A DNA stretch of 53,077 nt from a virus (Duplodnaviria; Caudoviricetes), in IMG/VR virus record IMGVR_UViG_3300038418_000044, positions 1 to 53,077 of that record. One strand, 5' to 3'. Positions 8,510-16,975 of the stretch are shown piece by piece; the first letter of the stretch is position 1; each line of letters starts with the position of its first letter. The position numbers were made by a program, and so were the translations under genes. The notes under the pieces were generated by a model. It saw only the letters and a program-made list of their open reading frames with translations. It did not search any database and was not told the DNA's origin.

Positions 8510-9991
8510 ATGAGTAAGTACCATATCTTTGATGCGGATATCCTAGCCTGGGCTGCCTCGTATACTGGGCCAAAATTCCACGCAGCCCTTATGGATGCGC
8601 CCTATAATTTCGCGTTCATGGGCAAAGCCTTCGATACCTTCGATTCTCCCATGGCTTTCCAAAAATGGTGCCAAGAATGGGCTATGGCCTTACTTCCTTT
8701 GCTGTATCCAGGCGCTCTGGTGATGTGCTTCGGTGGCCCTCGCACCCACCACAGACTCATGTGTGGGCTGGAGGATGCAGGCTTCGAGTTGATTGACTGC
8801 TTATGCTATTTATTCGGGCAGGGCTTTCCAAAAAGTCAGGATTTGTCAAAGCTCATCGACAAGGCGAATGGGGATAAAAGGAAGGTTGTAGGCTCTAAGA
8901 TTGGTCTGCCTGGGTACTCACTTTCACCCATGCAGAGTGGAGTGAGCCTTGAACTATCAAAGCACCGGGATGCTGAATCGGAATGCGCTATTACCGCACC
9001 TGCTTCCGAACAGTCTGCCCCATGGGCGGGACACAAGACTCCGCAACTTAAGCCAGCGGTTGAGTATATCGTGTTCGCACAAGCGCCGAGGCAGGGCAAG
9101 ACGTATGCGGAGTTGGCGCTGGAGTATGGTAGTGGGGCGCTGAATGTGGATGGGGGGAGGATTGGCACTGAGGAGATATGCGCTCACGGTGGGGGCATAA
9201 ACCAAGAGGGCCGAAAGTATGGTGGCGGGACTGGAGTGCCAGCAATCACAGCGGGAAGCTATCAGCATACAGGCCGCTACCCCGCCAATCTCGCGCTGGA
9301 ATGCACTTGCGATGAAGTGGAATTGGTGGATGCGCCTGTATACGGTGATGTGAAGAAGCCAACCCCGAAGCGGTCAGTAGTGGCAATTGGCGAGTTCAAA
9401 GAAGCTACGTGGGAAGCCTATCGCGACAAAGCTATCCGCCACACCAACCCCGATTGCCCCGCTGCGATGCTGGATGAGCAGGCAGGAATCTTACGCTCTG
9501 GTAAAGATGTGAATCCAACAAAGGGTGCAGTCCAAGGCTACTTCGGTTCAGGCATGGAGAAGTATAATCCCAATGGGAATGCCAATTATGGTGACTCCGG
9601 TGGGCCGAGCAGGTTTTTTTATCAAAGTAAGGCTTCCCGAAGTGAGCGCGAAGAGGGCTTGCTTGGCACTATCTGCTGCTCCAACGTAGACTGCTTGGGC
9701 GTGGATACTCTCACCCACAAGAATGAGAAAGGCCAGGATGTTCCCTGCATACGCAACCCGCATCCAACGGTGAAAGCCATCAACCTGTGCAAGTGGCTAT
9801 CTACCCTGCTCCTGCCTCCAGAGTCCGTGAAGCCTAGGCGAATCTTAGTGCCCTTCGCTGGCGTGGGGAGCGAAATGATAGGCTGCTTGCAAGCTGGATG
9901 GGATGAAATTATGGGCGTGGAGCAGGATGCCAGCTACTGTGAGATTGCGGAAGCTAGGCTCGCGCATTGGGCTAAGAAGCTAGATGAGTAG
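8510..9991 (+). CDS. DNA N6-adenine/N4-cytosine methyltransferase (beta class)
   Basis: DAPY (motif IV), GQGFPKS, LKPA.E, GRYPAN, SRFFY..KAS..ER, HPTVK, PFAGVGS; start MSKYH at 8510. Confidence 0.85.
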   Translation: MSKYHIFDADILAWAASYTGPKFHAALMDAPYNFAFMGKAFDTFDSPMAFQKWCQEWAMALLPLLYPGALVMCFGGPRTHHRLMCGLEDAGFELIDCLCYLFGQGFPKSQDLSKLIDKANGDKRKVVGSKIGLPGYSLSPMQSGVSLELSKHRDAESECAITAPASEQSAPWAGHKTPQLKPAVEYIVFAQAPRQGKTYAELALEYGSGALNVDGGRIGTEEICAHGGGINQEGRKYGGGTGVPAITAGSYQHTGRYPANLALECTCDEVELVDAPVYGDVKKPTPKRSVVAIGEFKEATWEAYRDKAIRHTNPDCPAAMLDEQAGILRSGKDVNPTKGAVQGYFGSGMEKYNPNGNANYGDSGGPSRFFYQSKASRSEREEGLLGTICCSNVDCLGVDTLTHKNEKGQDVPCIRNPHPTVKAINLCKWLSTLLLPPESVKPRRILVPFAGVGSEMIGCLQAGWDEIMGVEQDASYCEIAEARLAHWAKKLDE

Positions 9992-11432
9992 CAACTTCGA
10001 CCGCGGTAAATTCGTAATCGGCATTGGCCCCACACCAGCGCAAGTGTTTGAGGCTGGGAGGAATCCGGGTGAGCAAGAGTCCCGAATTGGTCTACCCTTT
10101 GTCGGTAAGGCAGGTGCGGAACGTGCAATGTATCATCTCAGGGCGGATTTGCAGTTAGCCGATTACTATACGACCAATTTATTCAAGTATTGGACTTTCG
10201 ACGATGCCCCCCCGGATGAGGCAAATTACGACAGCCATTGGCCAGTTTTCGTCAGGGAACTGGCAGTAGTTCAACCTAGCATTCTCGTCACCTTCGGAGC
10301 GGATTGCTCAGAATACATATTCAAGAAATGTGGCTTGCCCTGGTTAGACCTTGAGCGCCAGCATGGAATCCCCTTCGCCGCCACTCTTGACATCCAAGAG
10401 GGCCTCTCTGCCGACTGCGACCGTGAGCTACCAGAGGACGATACTGGGCTTGATTGGCTAATGAACTTAATGTCCATAGCTCCAGAGACTAGCGAACCGC
10501 TTGAGCTTACCCTGTTTCCCTGCCTCCACCCTGCGGCTGGAATCCATTCACCCTCCAGTATGAGTTTAATCTACACTGACTTCCTAGCGCTCTCCAAGCT
10601 ACTTAGGGGCCAACTACCGCTCCGCGACGATTCTAGGGCTGTTGTAGCCCCAGCAATTGGCATTCTGAGCGATGTTTCGGATGTTGAGTCCAGCTTCCAG
10701 GCGGATAGCTTAGTCATGGGTCTAGACACTGAGGGCCAAAGTTCTAGGCCGTGGGGGCTAACCTATTCTTTTCAACCACATACGGGCTACTGCATTCTCT
10801 CCCACAGCAGGGAAGCGCTAGTTGCGTTTACATGCTGCTTAGAATCATTCGCCGCGCGTGGCGGCACCATCGTAGTTCACAACATGCTGTGGGATTTGGA
10901 TGTCCTCGCGGCGATGGGTATCCACCTGCCGGAGAGAAGTTGCCTTGATAGCATGATAGGATTGTATTTATTGGGTAGGGAGCCGCAAGGTCTAAAGGCT
11001 GCATCATATAGGCACTTAGGGGTAATGATGAAAGCCTACAGTGATGTAATCCAACCCTACTCCGATAAATACGCCAAATTGTACCTTGAAGCTGCCGCAT
11101 CCATAGATTGGGGAGTTTGCCCAAAATGTGGAGCAGCCTCAGCGGTGAATACCGAACATCCGTTAGGCGGAGTAGAAAACTTGCCCAAAGAGTGGCTCAG
11201 GAAAGATGGGCAAACGCTACGTTCTAAATTCTCTGGCATGGTTGAGATATGCGATGGCGGATTGGCGGAGCATGGCGAAATGGTCCTAGATAAAAAAGGC
11301 AATGCTAGGTGGAAACGGGTACTTTCGATCAATCAGCGCATACAGCGCGCCCTTAAGAATTTCTATAGTAAAGAGGGAGCGTCTGATGCCGCAGAAGCGA
11401 TTGATGTTGAAACCGGGGGAGAGGTATGGTAG
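9984..11432 (+). CDS. DNA polymerase N-terminal part: UDG family 4-like domain plus 3'-5' exonuclease motifs ExoI and ExoII
   Basis: GRNPG.QE...[15 protein letters not shown] (UDG); LDTEG (ExoI), HNMLWD (ExoII), DSM, GLK. Confidence 0.8.
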   Translation: MSSNFDRGKFVIGIGPTPAQVFEAGRNPGEQESRIGLPFVGKAGAERAMYHLRADLQLADYYTTNLFKYWTFDDAPPDEANYDSHWPVFVRELAVVQPSILVTFGADCSEYIFKKCGLPWLDLERQHGIPFAATLDIQEGLSADCDRELPEDDTGLDWLMNLMSIAPETSEPLELTLFPCLHPAAGIHSPSSMSLIYTDFLALSKLLRGQLPLRDDSRAVVAPAIGILSDVSDVESSFQADSLVMGLDTEGQSSRPWGLTYSFQPHTGYCILSHSREALVAFTCCLESFAARGGTIVVHNMLWDLDVLAAMGIHLPERSCLDSMIGLYLLGREPQGLKAASYRHLGVMMKAYSDVIQPYSDKYAKLYLEAAASIDWGVCPKCGAASAVNTEHPLGGVENLPKEWLRKDGQTLRSKFSGMVEICDGGLAEHGEMVLDKKGNARWKRVLSINQRIQRALKNFYSKEGASDAAEAIDVETGGEVW

Positions 11433-11970
11433 ACTGACAATAATTGGAGATGCACCACAAGGCCGTCACCACGCATCAAGAGTTAGGTGTATGTGCGATT
11501 GCGGAACAGAGACAATCGTATTCGCAACTAATCTTGTCAGGCAGAGGCCAACAAAAAGCTGTGGCTGCTTATCTAGGGAAATGGTCAGCCTTCGGGGCTG
11601 GAAGCACGGTCAATCGAGTGGTCACATTAGGACTAAGGATTATGTTACTTGGTGTAACATGAAAAGTAGGTGCTACAATCCAGCAAATCGACAGTACAAA
11701 TACTATGGAGGGCGTGGGATAAAGGTGTGTGCTGAATGGATGCACGATTTCATAGCCTTTATGAAGTATATGGGACTACGGCCCACACCAAAGCACACCT
11801 TAGACCGCATAGATGTGAACGGCAATTATGAGCCGGGAAATGTGAGATGGGCTACCCCACGAGAACAACTGTACAACCGCAGGAAATTCCAAGTTATTGA
11901 GAATTTTGATACTGACGTTCTGCTATCTGAACTTAAGCGCAGGGGCCTACGTACTACTACAGAAACCTAG
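11386..11970 (+). mobile_element. HNH homing endonuclease
   Basis: [50 protein letters not shown]; GAGGGAG SD before ATG 11386. Confidence 0.85.
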
Positions 11971-11988
11971 CCTGCCCCGCCAGAGGAC

Positions 11989-12017
11989 TTGACAGAGGAT
12001 GCAATTGATGCTAACCT
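11989..12017 (+). promoter_or_regulatory. sigma70-like promoter with extended -10
   Basis: TTGACA-17 nt-TAACCT with TGc; followed by hairpins TCCTGC/GCAGGA and GGATGC/GCATCC. Confidence 0.7.
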
Positions 12018-12098
12018 AGAGATGGAGTTGCCAGTCCTGCCTGCAGCGTAAGCGCAGGATGCCCCACTAAGCATCCAAAGAGTGGAGGTACCATCACT

Positions 12099-12389
12099 AT
12101 GAGCGAAGAAAGCTTTGATCCTGTAGCCCTCATCCATCAGTATTTCCCCGATGCCGATGATGCGACGGTTCAGTATATACTTTGGAACAAGACTGGCTGG
12201 CCCTGTTTCTTCCAAAGCGGCATTCTGTCCCTTGAAGGCCAGTTAGAGGCATACAAAGCGGCCCTAGACATGGGCATGGATGTCTGCGAATACTGCTCTA
12301 ACAAGGTCAATCCTACTGAGAGCACCATCTGCTCAGCCTGCAAAGCGTCACTGGATAGCGCTAGGGCTGCGCGAAGACGGCCAGTTTAG
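12099..12389 (+). CDS. small zinc-finger protein
   Basis: GGAGGT SD; CEYC...CSAC. Confidence 0.65.
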   Translation: MSEESFDPVALIHQYFPDADDATVQYILWNKTGWPCFFQSGILSLEGQLEAYKAALDMGMDVCEYCSNKVNPTESTICSACKASLDSARAARRRPV

Positions 12390-12394
12390 TGGAT

Positions 12395-12523
12395 ATGAAC
12401 CCAGACCTAAAGTTCTTGCTCCAAACTCTAGGCGTCATCAGCGGCATCGCGCTGCTGTGGTCGCTGCTGATGTGGGCCACAGTCAAGCTGGTGGAGTGGG
12501 CTGAGCACAAGAGGCGTGGATGA
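12395..12523 (+). CDS. small membrane protein (42 aa, not in ORF track)
   Basis: MNPDLKFLLQTLGVISGIALLWSLLMWATVKLVEWAEHKRRG*. Confidence 0.55.
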   Translation: MNPDLKFLLQTLGVISGIALLWSLLMWATVKLVEWAEHKRRG

Positions 12524-12678
12524 CATTTCGGCTAGACAGAAACCAGCAGCTAGTAATCCAGTTGCCCTACGACGTTGCGCCTGCCAAGGGAGAGCCAGAC
12601 ACGCTGGTGCTAAGCGTCGAACAAACAGAGGAGTTGTCAGAGTTGCTGCGTGATTATGGCAAGAATCCAAGGAAGTAG
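12520..12678 (+). CDS. hypothetical protein (52 aa, not in ORF track)
   Basis: MTFRLDRNQQLVIQLPYD...; ATGA overlap. Confidence 0.5.
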   Translation: MTFRLDRNQQLVIQLPYDVAPAKGEPDTLVLSVEQTEELSELLRDYGKNPRK

Positions 12679-12856
12679 AAGCTACCGACCAACCACCAGC
12701 CGTCTCACTGCCGCTGGTGCGCTCATCGAGGCCCACGCCGCCATATGCAGAGTGTGCCAGAGCTTCAAGAAGTTCAGGGATGCACTGTGGAGTTGTCCGC
12801 GCTTGCGTGAACTGGTGGAGCAGTACCGCAAGGAAGTCTGTAGAAACAAGAGGTGA
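12656..12856 (+). CDS. small basic Cys/His protein
   Basis: H...CRVC...C; overlaps its neighbours. Confidence 0.55.
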   Translation: MARIQGSRSYRPTTSRLTAAGALIEAHAAICRVCQSFKKFRDALWSCPRLRELVEQYRKEVCRNKR

Positions 12857-13539
12857 TGGTTTTGCAGTATATGGGTGGGAAATTTAGGATAGTCAAACCC
12901 CTAACTTCCTTTCTGGAGGAGCAGCGTGCTGGACGCCCATTCGTAGAGCCATTCGTTGGGGCTGCGTGGGTGACAGCCTCCATGAGTGGCATACGCATAT
13001 CCTCTGACATCCACCCTGACCTAATTCTGATGTGGCAAGCCATTCAAGCAGGGTGGATTCCACCTAGCACAGTTACAGAAGAGGAATACAATCAGTTAAG
13101 AACTGCCGAACCATCAGCCCTACGCGGCTTCGTTGGCTTTGGCTGTTCATTCGCAGGGAAATGGTTTGGTGGATATGCTCGGTCCGGTAAGCGCAACTAT
13201 GCTCTGAATGCCAAGAATTCCTGCATCAAACTAGCCCCCTCCATACAGAGTGTGCAGTTCCTCTGCCGAGATTACCAAGACGTGTACGTGGATGGTAGTT
13301 TAATTTATTGTGACCCACCCTATGAGGATACTACTGGCTACTTTCAAGCCTTTGATTGGGTATGCTTCTGGAATACCATGCGGGAGTGGACTAGGGAGAA
13401 TTTAGTGTACGTCTCTTCTTACAAAGCTCCACCAGACTTCGCTTGCGTGGCTGAGTTCCCAACCAAGACCGATATGCGCACCAACAGAAACGGTAAAGAA
13501 GCTAGAGTCGAACGGCTGTTCTCATTGAGGCAGGCCTGA
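12853..13539 (+). CDS. Dam-like DNA adenine methyltransferase (D12 class)
   Basis: YMGGK, FVEPFVG, GCSFAGKWFGGY, IYCDPPY. Confidence 0.9.
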   Translation: MMVLQYMGGKFRIVKPLTSFLEEQRAGRPFVEPFVGAAWVTASMSGIRISSDIHPDLILMWQAIQAGWIPPSTVTEEEYNQLRTAEPSALRGFVGFGCSFAGKWFGGYARSGKRNYALNAKNSCIKLAPSIQSVQFLCRDYQDVYVDGSLIYCDPPYEDTTGYFQAFDWVCFWNTMREWTRENLVYVSSYKAPPDFACVAEFPTKTDMRTNRNGKEARVERLFSLRQA

Positions 13540-15029
13540 TGGCGCAGAGCACGCCTAGAGAGCGCTGGGAGGGTTGGCCACATTCTCTCACTGCAAAAGT
13601 TGAGGAAATTATAGGACCCTTTCCTCAAGTTTCCATTTTTGATTGTCCAGAGTCCGAAAGCGTACCCTACGCAACTGGCGATGCCTGCGCGACTAACGCC
13701 CTCTACTCCAATTATCTCCTGCCTGAAATCCGATCCCGCAAACTAATGGACTTGTGGAAGATGGACATGGGCGTGGTTCCTATGGCCGCGCGCATGCAGA
13801 AAATAGGCATGCTCCTAGATTTGCCCCATTTTGCGTGGTTCTCTGGCTACCTGCAAGAGGAGATGGACGCTGTACTGGCGAAGATTAAGCCGCTGGCAGG
13901 CGACATCAATCCAGAGTCCTCGGATGAAGTGGCTGAGCTGCTGTTTGAGAAATGGGAGATTCAGCGCGGCAGCGGCATCAGGCTCAAACGCACGCCAAAG
14001 CTGGGGCGGTATAAGTGTGATGATACCACGCTGCAAGCTGTGCGCAAGCTGCATCCTGTGGTGCCGCTCATAAGTGAGCACCGCTCACTGGATAAATTGA
14101 AGGGCACATTCATTGACAAGCTACCCTTCATGGTGGATGCGAATGGGCGCATCCATACGCAGCTACGCTTGACAAGAGTACCATCAGGAAGATTCAGCTC
14201 CCATTCACCGAACCTTCAGCAGATACCCACTGAGACATTACTGGGGAGCCTAGTACGGTCAGGCTTCATCGCTAAGCCGGGATGCGTCTATGGCTCATTC
14301 GACCTCGCGGGGATCGAATTAAGGACCGCCGCGCATCTATCTGGCGATGCGTTCTTGCGTAAACTGTTTACCACCCTTGACCCCGAGACTGGTGAGGAGT
14401 GGGACCCGCACACGCAAACTGCTAGCCGCTTATTCGGCAAGCCTGCTAGTCAGATAGACCGTAAGACTGAACGCTACCCAACCAAATCGGCTGGATACTT
14501 GATTCTCTTTGGCGGGACCTCGGCTGGGCTATCTGAGTATCTCACTATCTACGGGCTGGACGGCTGGACGGAGGATAGGTGTGAGGAATTCATAAAGGAG
14601 TGGTTCAGGGTCTACTCAGGTATTGCTCAGTGGGTGAAGGGCATCCATTCCCACGTACTGCTCTACGGTTGGGTGGAGGACCTCTTCAAGCGCCGACTGT
14701 GGTGCGCCCAAGCTTGGAGCACAATTCCGAAGGTGCGCGAAGAGGGTCTACGGTTGGCCCAAAACATGCCCATCCAAGGCACAGCGGCTGGCATCCTCAA
14801 ACTAGCAACCGCACGCGCATGGGAGGTCATAAAGGATTTCTGGAAGCGGGGTGTGGATATGGAACCCCTGCTCAGCTTACATGATGAACTATTATTCGAG
14901 TTCCCCGATGGATTGCAGCAGGAAGTCGAATCGGCTATCAAGCCCTGTTTTGAGAACTGCATTCAGCTAAGCGTTCCCATCCGCGCTGGCTTTGGCTGCG
15001 CCTCTGATTGGGGCAGCATACCAAAATAG
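13539..15029 (+). CDS. polA: DNA polymerase family A, C-terminal part (ExoIII plus polymerase domain)
   Basis: YATGDA (ExoIII), SGRFSS..PNLQQIP, motif A FDLAGIELR, motif B R...K...Y...FG, NMPIQGTAA, motif C HDEL. Confidence 0.95.
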   Translation: MAQSTPRERWEGWPHSLTAKVEEIIGPFPQVSIFDCPESESVPYATGDACATNALYSNYLLPEIRSRKLMDLWKMDMGVVPMAARMQKIGMLLDLPHFAWFSGYLQEEMDAVLAKIKPLAGDINPESSDEVAELLFEKWEIQRGSGIRLKRTPKLGRYKCDDTTLQAVRKLHPVVPLISEHRSLDKLKGTFIDKLPFMVDANGRIHTQLRLTRVPSGRFSSHSPNLQQIPTETLLGSLVRSGFIAKPGCVYGSFDLAGIELRTAAHLSGDAFLRKLFTTLDPETGEEWDPHTQTASRLFGKPASQIDRKTERYPTKSAGYLILFGGTSAGLSEYLTIYGLDGWTEDRCEEFIKEWFRVYSGIAQWVKGIHSHVLLYGWVEDLFKRRLWCAQAWSTIPKVREEGLRLAQNMPIQGTAAGILKLATARAWEVIKDFWKRGVDMEPLLSLHDELLFEFPDGLQQEVESAIKPCFENCIQLSVPIRAGFGCASDWGSIPK

Positions 15030-15032
15030 TGC

Positions 15033-15061
15033 TTGACATCCACCCCAGCCAATGCTACACT
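15033..15061 (+). promoter_or_regulatory. sigma70-like promoter with extended -10, leaderless transcript
   Basis: TTGACA-17 nt-TACACT with TGc; ATG 6 nt downstream. Confidence 0.75.
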
Positions 15062-15067
15062 TAGATT

Positions 15068-15178
15068 ATGCCCTTCTTGGGGAAAATCCTACTGGCGCTT
15101 GGCGGCCTGCTGATTCTAGTGGCAGTAGCAGGCGCGCTGATGGCAGCTATTGAGGAGAGATTCTATGGCGACGGATAA
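15068..15178 (+). CDS. small single-pass membrane protein (36 aa, not in ORF track)
   Basis: MPFLGKILLALGGLLILVAVAGALMAAIEERFYGDG*; start coincides with the predicted TSS. Confidence 0.6.
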   Translation: MPFLGKILLALGGLLILVAVAGALMAAIEERFYGDG

Positions 15179-15572
15179 GCGCGAGGAATCCTTCTTCAAC
15201 CACGATCTAGACCCCATACTGCGCAGTTGTAGGAGATGCGGTAGAACCTCGGAGTCTATAGCAGTAGATTATCCTTGGTTTGATGGTCGAGACCCTGGTA
15301 CAGTCTACTGGGTTGTAGTCCCAAAGCGCAGAGACGGCGGTGTACCAGACCTCGGCAAAAAGTATGAGGAAAGTCTTGGATTCCTAGATAAGCATGGTCA
15401 GCTTTTGGTTGAGACGAGAGTTTCAGAGGGCGGCTTCTTCTCCATACGGGAAGAGGCCCAAGCATTTATGGATTCACTGGATGCCTACACTAAGCCCCTT
15501 GTTGAGGTGCGCGAGGTGGTAGCAATCTTTATCTGTGGAGTTGGAGGAGAGAATGGCGACCGAAAAGGTTGA
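15165..15572 (+). CDS. hypothetical protein with CxxC
   Basis: GAGGAG SD; CRRCG. Confidence 0.6.
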   Translation: MATDKREESFFNHDLDPILRSCRRCGRTSESIAVDYPWFDGRDPGTVYWVVVPKRRDGGVPDLGKKYEESLGFLDKHGQLLVETRVSEGGFFSIREEAQAFMDSLDAYTKPLVEVREVVAIFICGVGGENGDRKG

Positions 15573-15939
15573 ACTGATTAGCAACGAGTTCCGCGATAGG
15601 ATAGAGTCCATTGATATGGATGTCTATCCTACTCTTGAAGCCATTGGTCTGGATGAGGACTTCGCCCTGCTGGTTAGCCGTCGCGTGAAGGTGACAGCTA
15701 CCATAAAGGCGCTGGAAGAGGAGAAAGCTGGGCTGGATGCTTCCATTGCGGCAGCTATGGAATGCGTAAACTCTCCCTCCTGCACCGCTTCCGGCTACAA
15801 GGTTTCGCTCAGCGTGGGCTCGCGCTCAACACTGGACAAGGTGGCGCTCATCGAGCATGGCGTGAAGAAGTCCATCATCGAGGCTTGCACTAAGGTATCT
15901 AAGTTTGTGAGCCTGCGAATGTATGAGGTGAAGAAGTGA
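15553..15939 (+). CDS. hypothetical coiled-coil protein
   Basis: GGAGGAG SD; IKALEEEKAGL. Confidence 0.7.
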   Translation: MATEKVELISNEFRDRIESIDMDVYPTLEAIGLDEDFALLVSRRVKVTATIKALEEEKAGLDASIAAAMECVNSPSCTASGYKVSLSVGSRSTLDKVALIEHGVKKSIIEACTKVSKFVSLRMYEVKK

Positions 15940-16091
15940 GTGACGCCCATCGTTGGCGGCACGGAAATGTCCCGGGCTGCGAGTTTTGCAAGAAATATAT
16001 AAAGGGGGCGTACCGCAAAGGCCACCACCGTTGTCCTCACTCAAAACGTGCTAAGAAGAATAGGCAGTCAATCGTGCTTGGCCCACAGTGA
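15936..16091 (+). CDS. small basic Cys/His protein (51 aa, not in ORF track)
   Basis: MSDAHRWRHGNVPGCEFCKKY...HHRCPHSKRAKKNRQSIVLGPQ*. Confidence 0.6.
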   Translation: MSDAHRWRHGNVPGCEFCKKYIKGAYRKGHHRCPHSKRAKKNRQSIVLGPQ

Positions 16092-16097
16092 ACGAGA

Positions 16098-16595
16098 ATG
16101 CCATATAAGAATCCAGAGGATAAGCTGAGAAACACTAGGAGATATGCTAGGGAGTGCAGAGAGAAAAAATTAGCCTCTCAAGGTGCCTTCAGTCGTTCGC
16201 CAAAAGGAAAAGCAGTGAGTGCCAAGTACTACCGAGTTAACAGCCCAGAAATAAAGGCTAAGCGTGCCACAGAACGGCGCACTCCCAAAGGCCGTTTCTC
16301 GATTGCTAGAGGTGCTGCTAAGCACCGAGGATTGGACTGGGTGCTAAGTTTCGATGAGCACATGGAATTGCTTGCACATCCGTGCTATTACTGCCAAGGA
16401 CCCTTGAACGAAACTAGCATAGGCTTGGATAGGCTAGATCATCGTTTAGGCTATGTACACGGGAATGTAGTTCCTTGCTGTGGGAAATGCAATACTAGAA
16501 AGGGACATCTTGAAGCCGTAGGGTTCTTTTATCCAAGGACTGTAGAATTGATGCGCGAACTGTTTGCGGGAGAGTCAGCAGACCAAGAAGGATAG
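16098..16595 (+). mobile_element. HNH endonuclease
   Basis: CYYC, GLDRLD...GY..GNVVPCC..CN..K. Confidence 0.85.
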
Positions 16596-16624
16596 GCAAT
16601 CCATCGTGGTGGGGATGCAATAGC

Positions 16625-16882
16625 GTGGAAACCATAACCAGCCTAGTCCAAACCTGCGAAGCGTGCCCCTCTCAGTGGGAAGGTCTAACCGAGACTGGCA
16701 GGCACGTCTACATCCGCTATCGCGGCGGCGTTCTATGCTGGGGATTGGGCAGCAGCATGCGAGGGGCTGTAGAGAATTCCCGCAGCAACGCTCTGTGCCT
16801 CGGAGACTTTCTAGATGGCTATATACCCCAGCAAGAAATGCAGGATTGTTTGATGCGGTGCGGCCTTAGATTCGCACTGTAA
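16625..16882 (+). CDS. hypothetical protein
   Basis: TCEACPSQWEG...G..VYIRYRGG reads like a conserved phage motif. Confidence 0.65.
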   Translation: METITSLVQTCEACPSQWEGLTETGRHVYIRYRGGVLCWGLGSSMRGAVENSRSNALCLGDFLDGYIPQQEMQDCLMRCGLRFAL

Positions 16883-16975
16883 AGCCAGCCTTGATAGGCA
16901 GGAAGGCCATCTCACTAATGGCTGAGCTGATTGTTTTCTGGGCTCAGCACGATGAATAGATGGAGAGATGAGCAA

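Noticed and set aside
7890-8513. 207-aa plus-strand ORF and the 5' extension of the methyltransferase to 8405
   Set aside because: Antisense shadows of the endonuclease gene; methyltransferase-like sequence starts at MSKYH (8510)
11971-12051. In-frame peptide PAPPEDLTEDAIDANLEMELPVLPAA after the HNH stop, resembling the exonuclease ORF end (AEAIDV)
   Set aside because: The match is only AID, and the stretch is better explained by the TTGACA-17-TAACCT promoter it contains
11433-13538. Group I intron, intein or ribosomal bypass joining the polymerase halves
   Set aside because: The gap is filled with ordinary coupled ORFs and a promoter; no intron core or intein termini are seen; 2.1 kb is far beyond known bypass distances. 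Not formally excluded without RT-PCR
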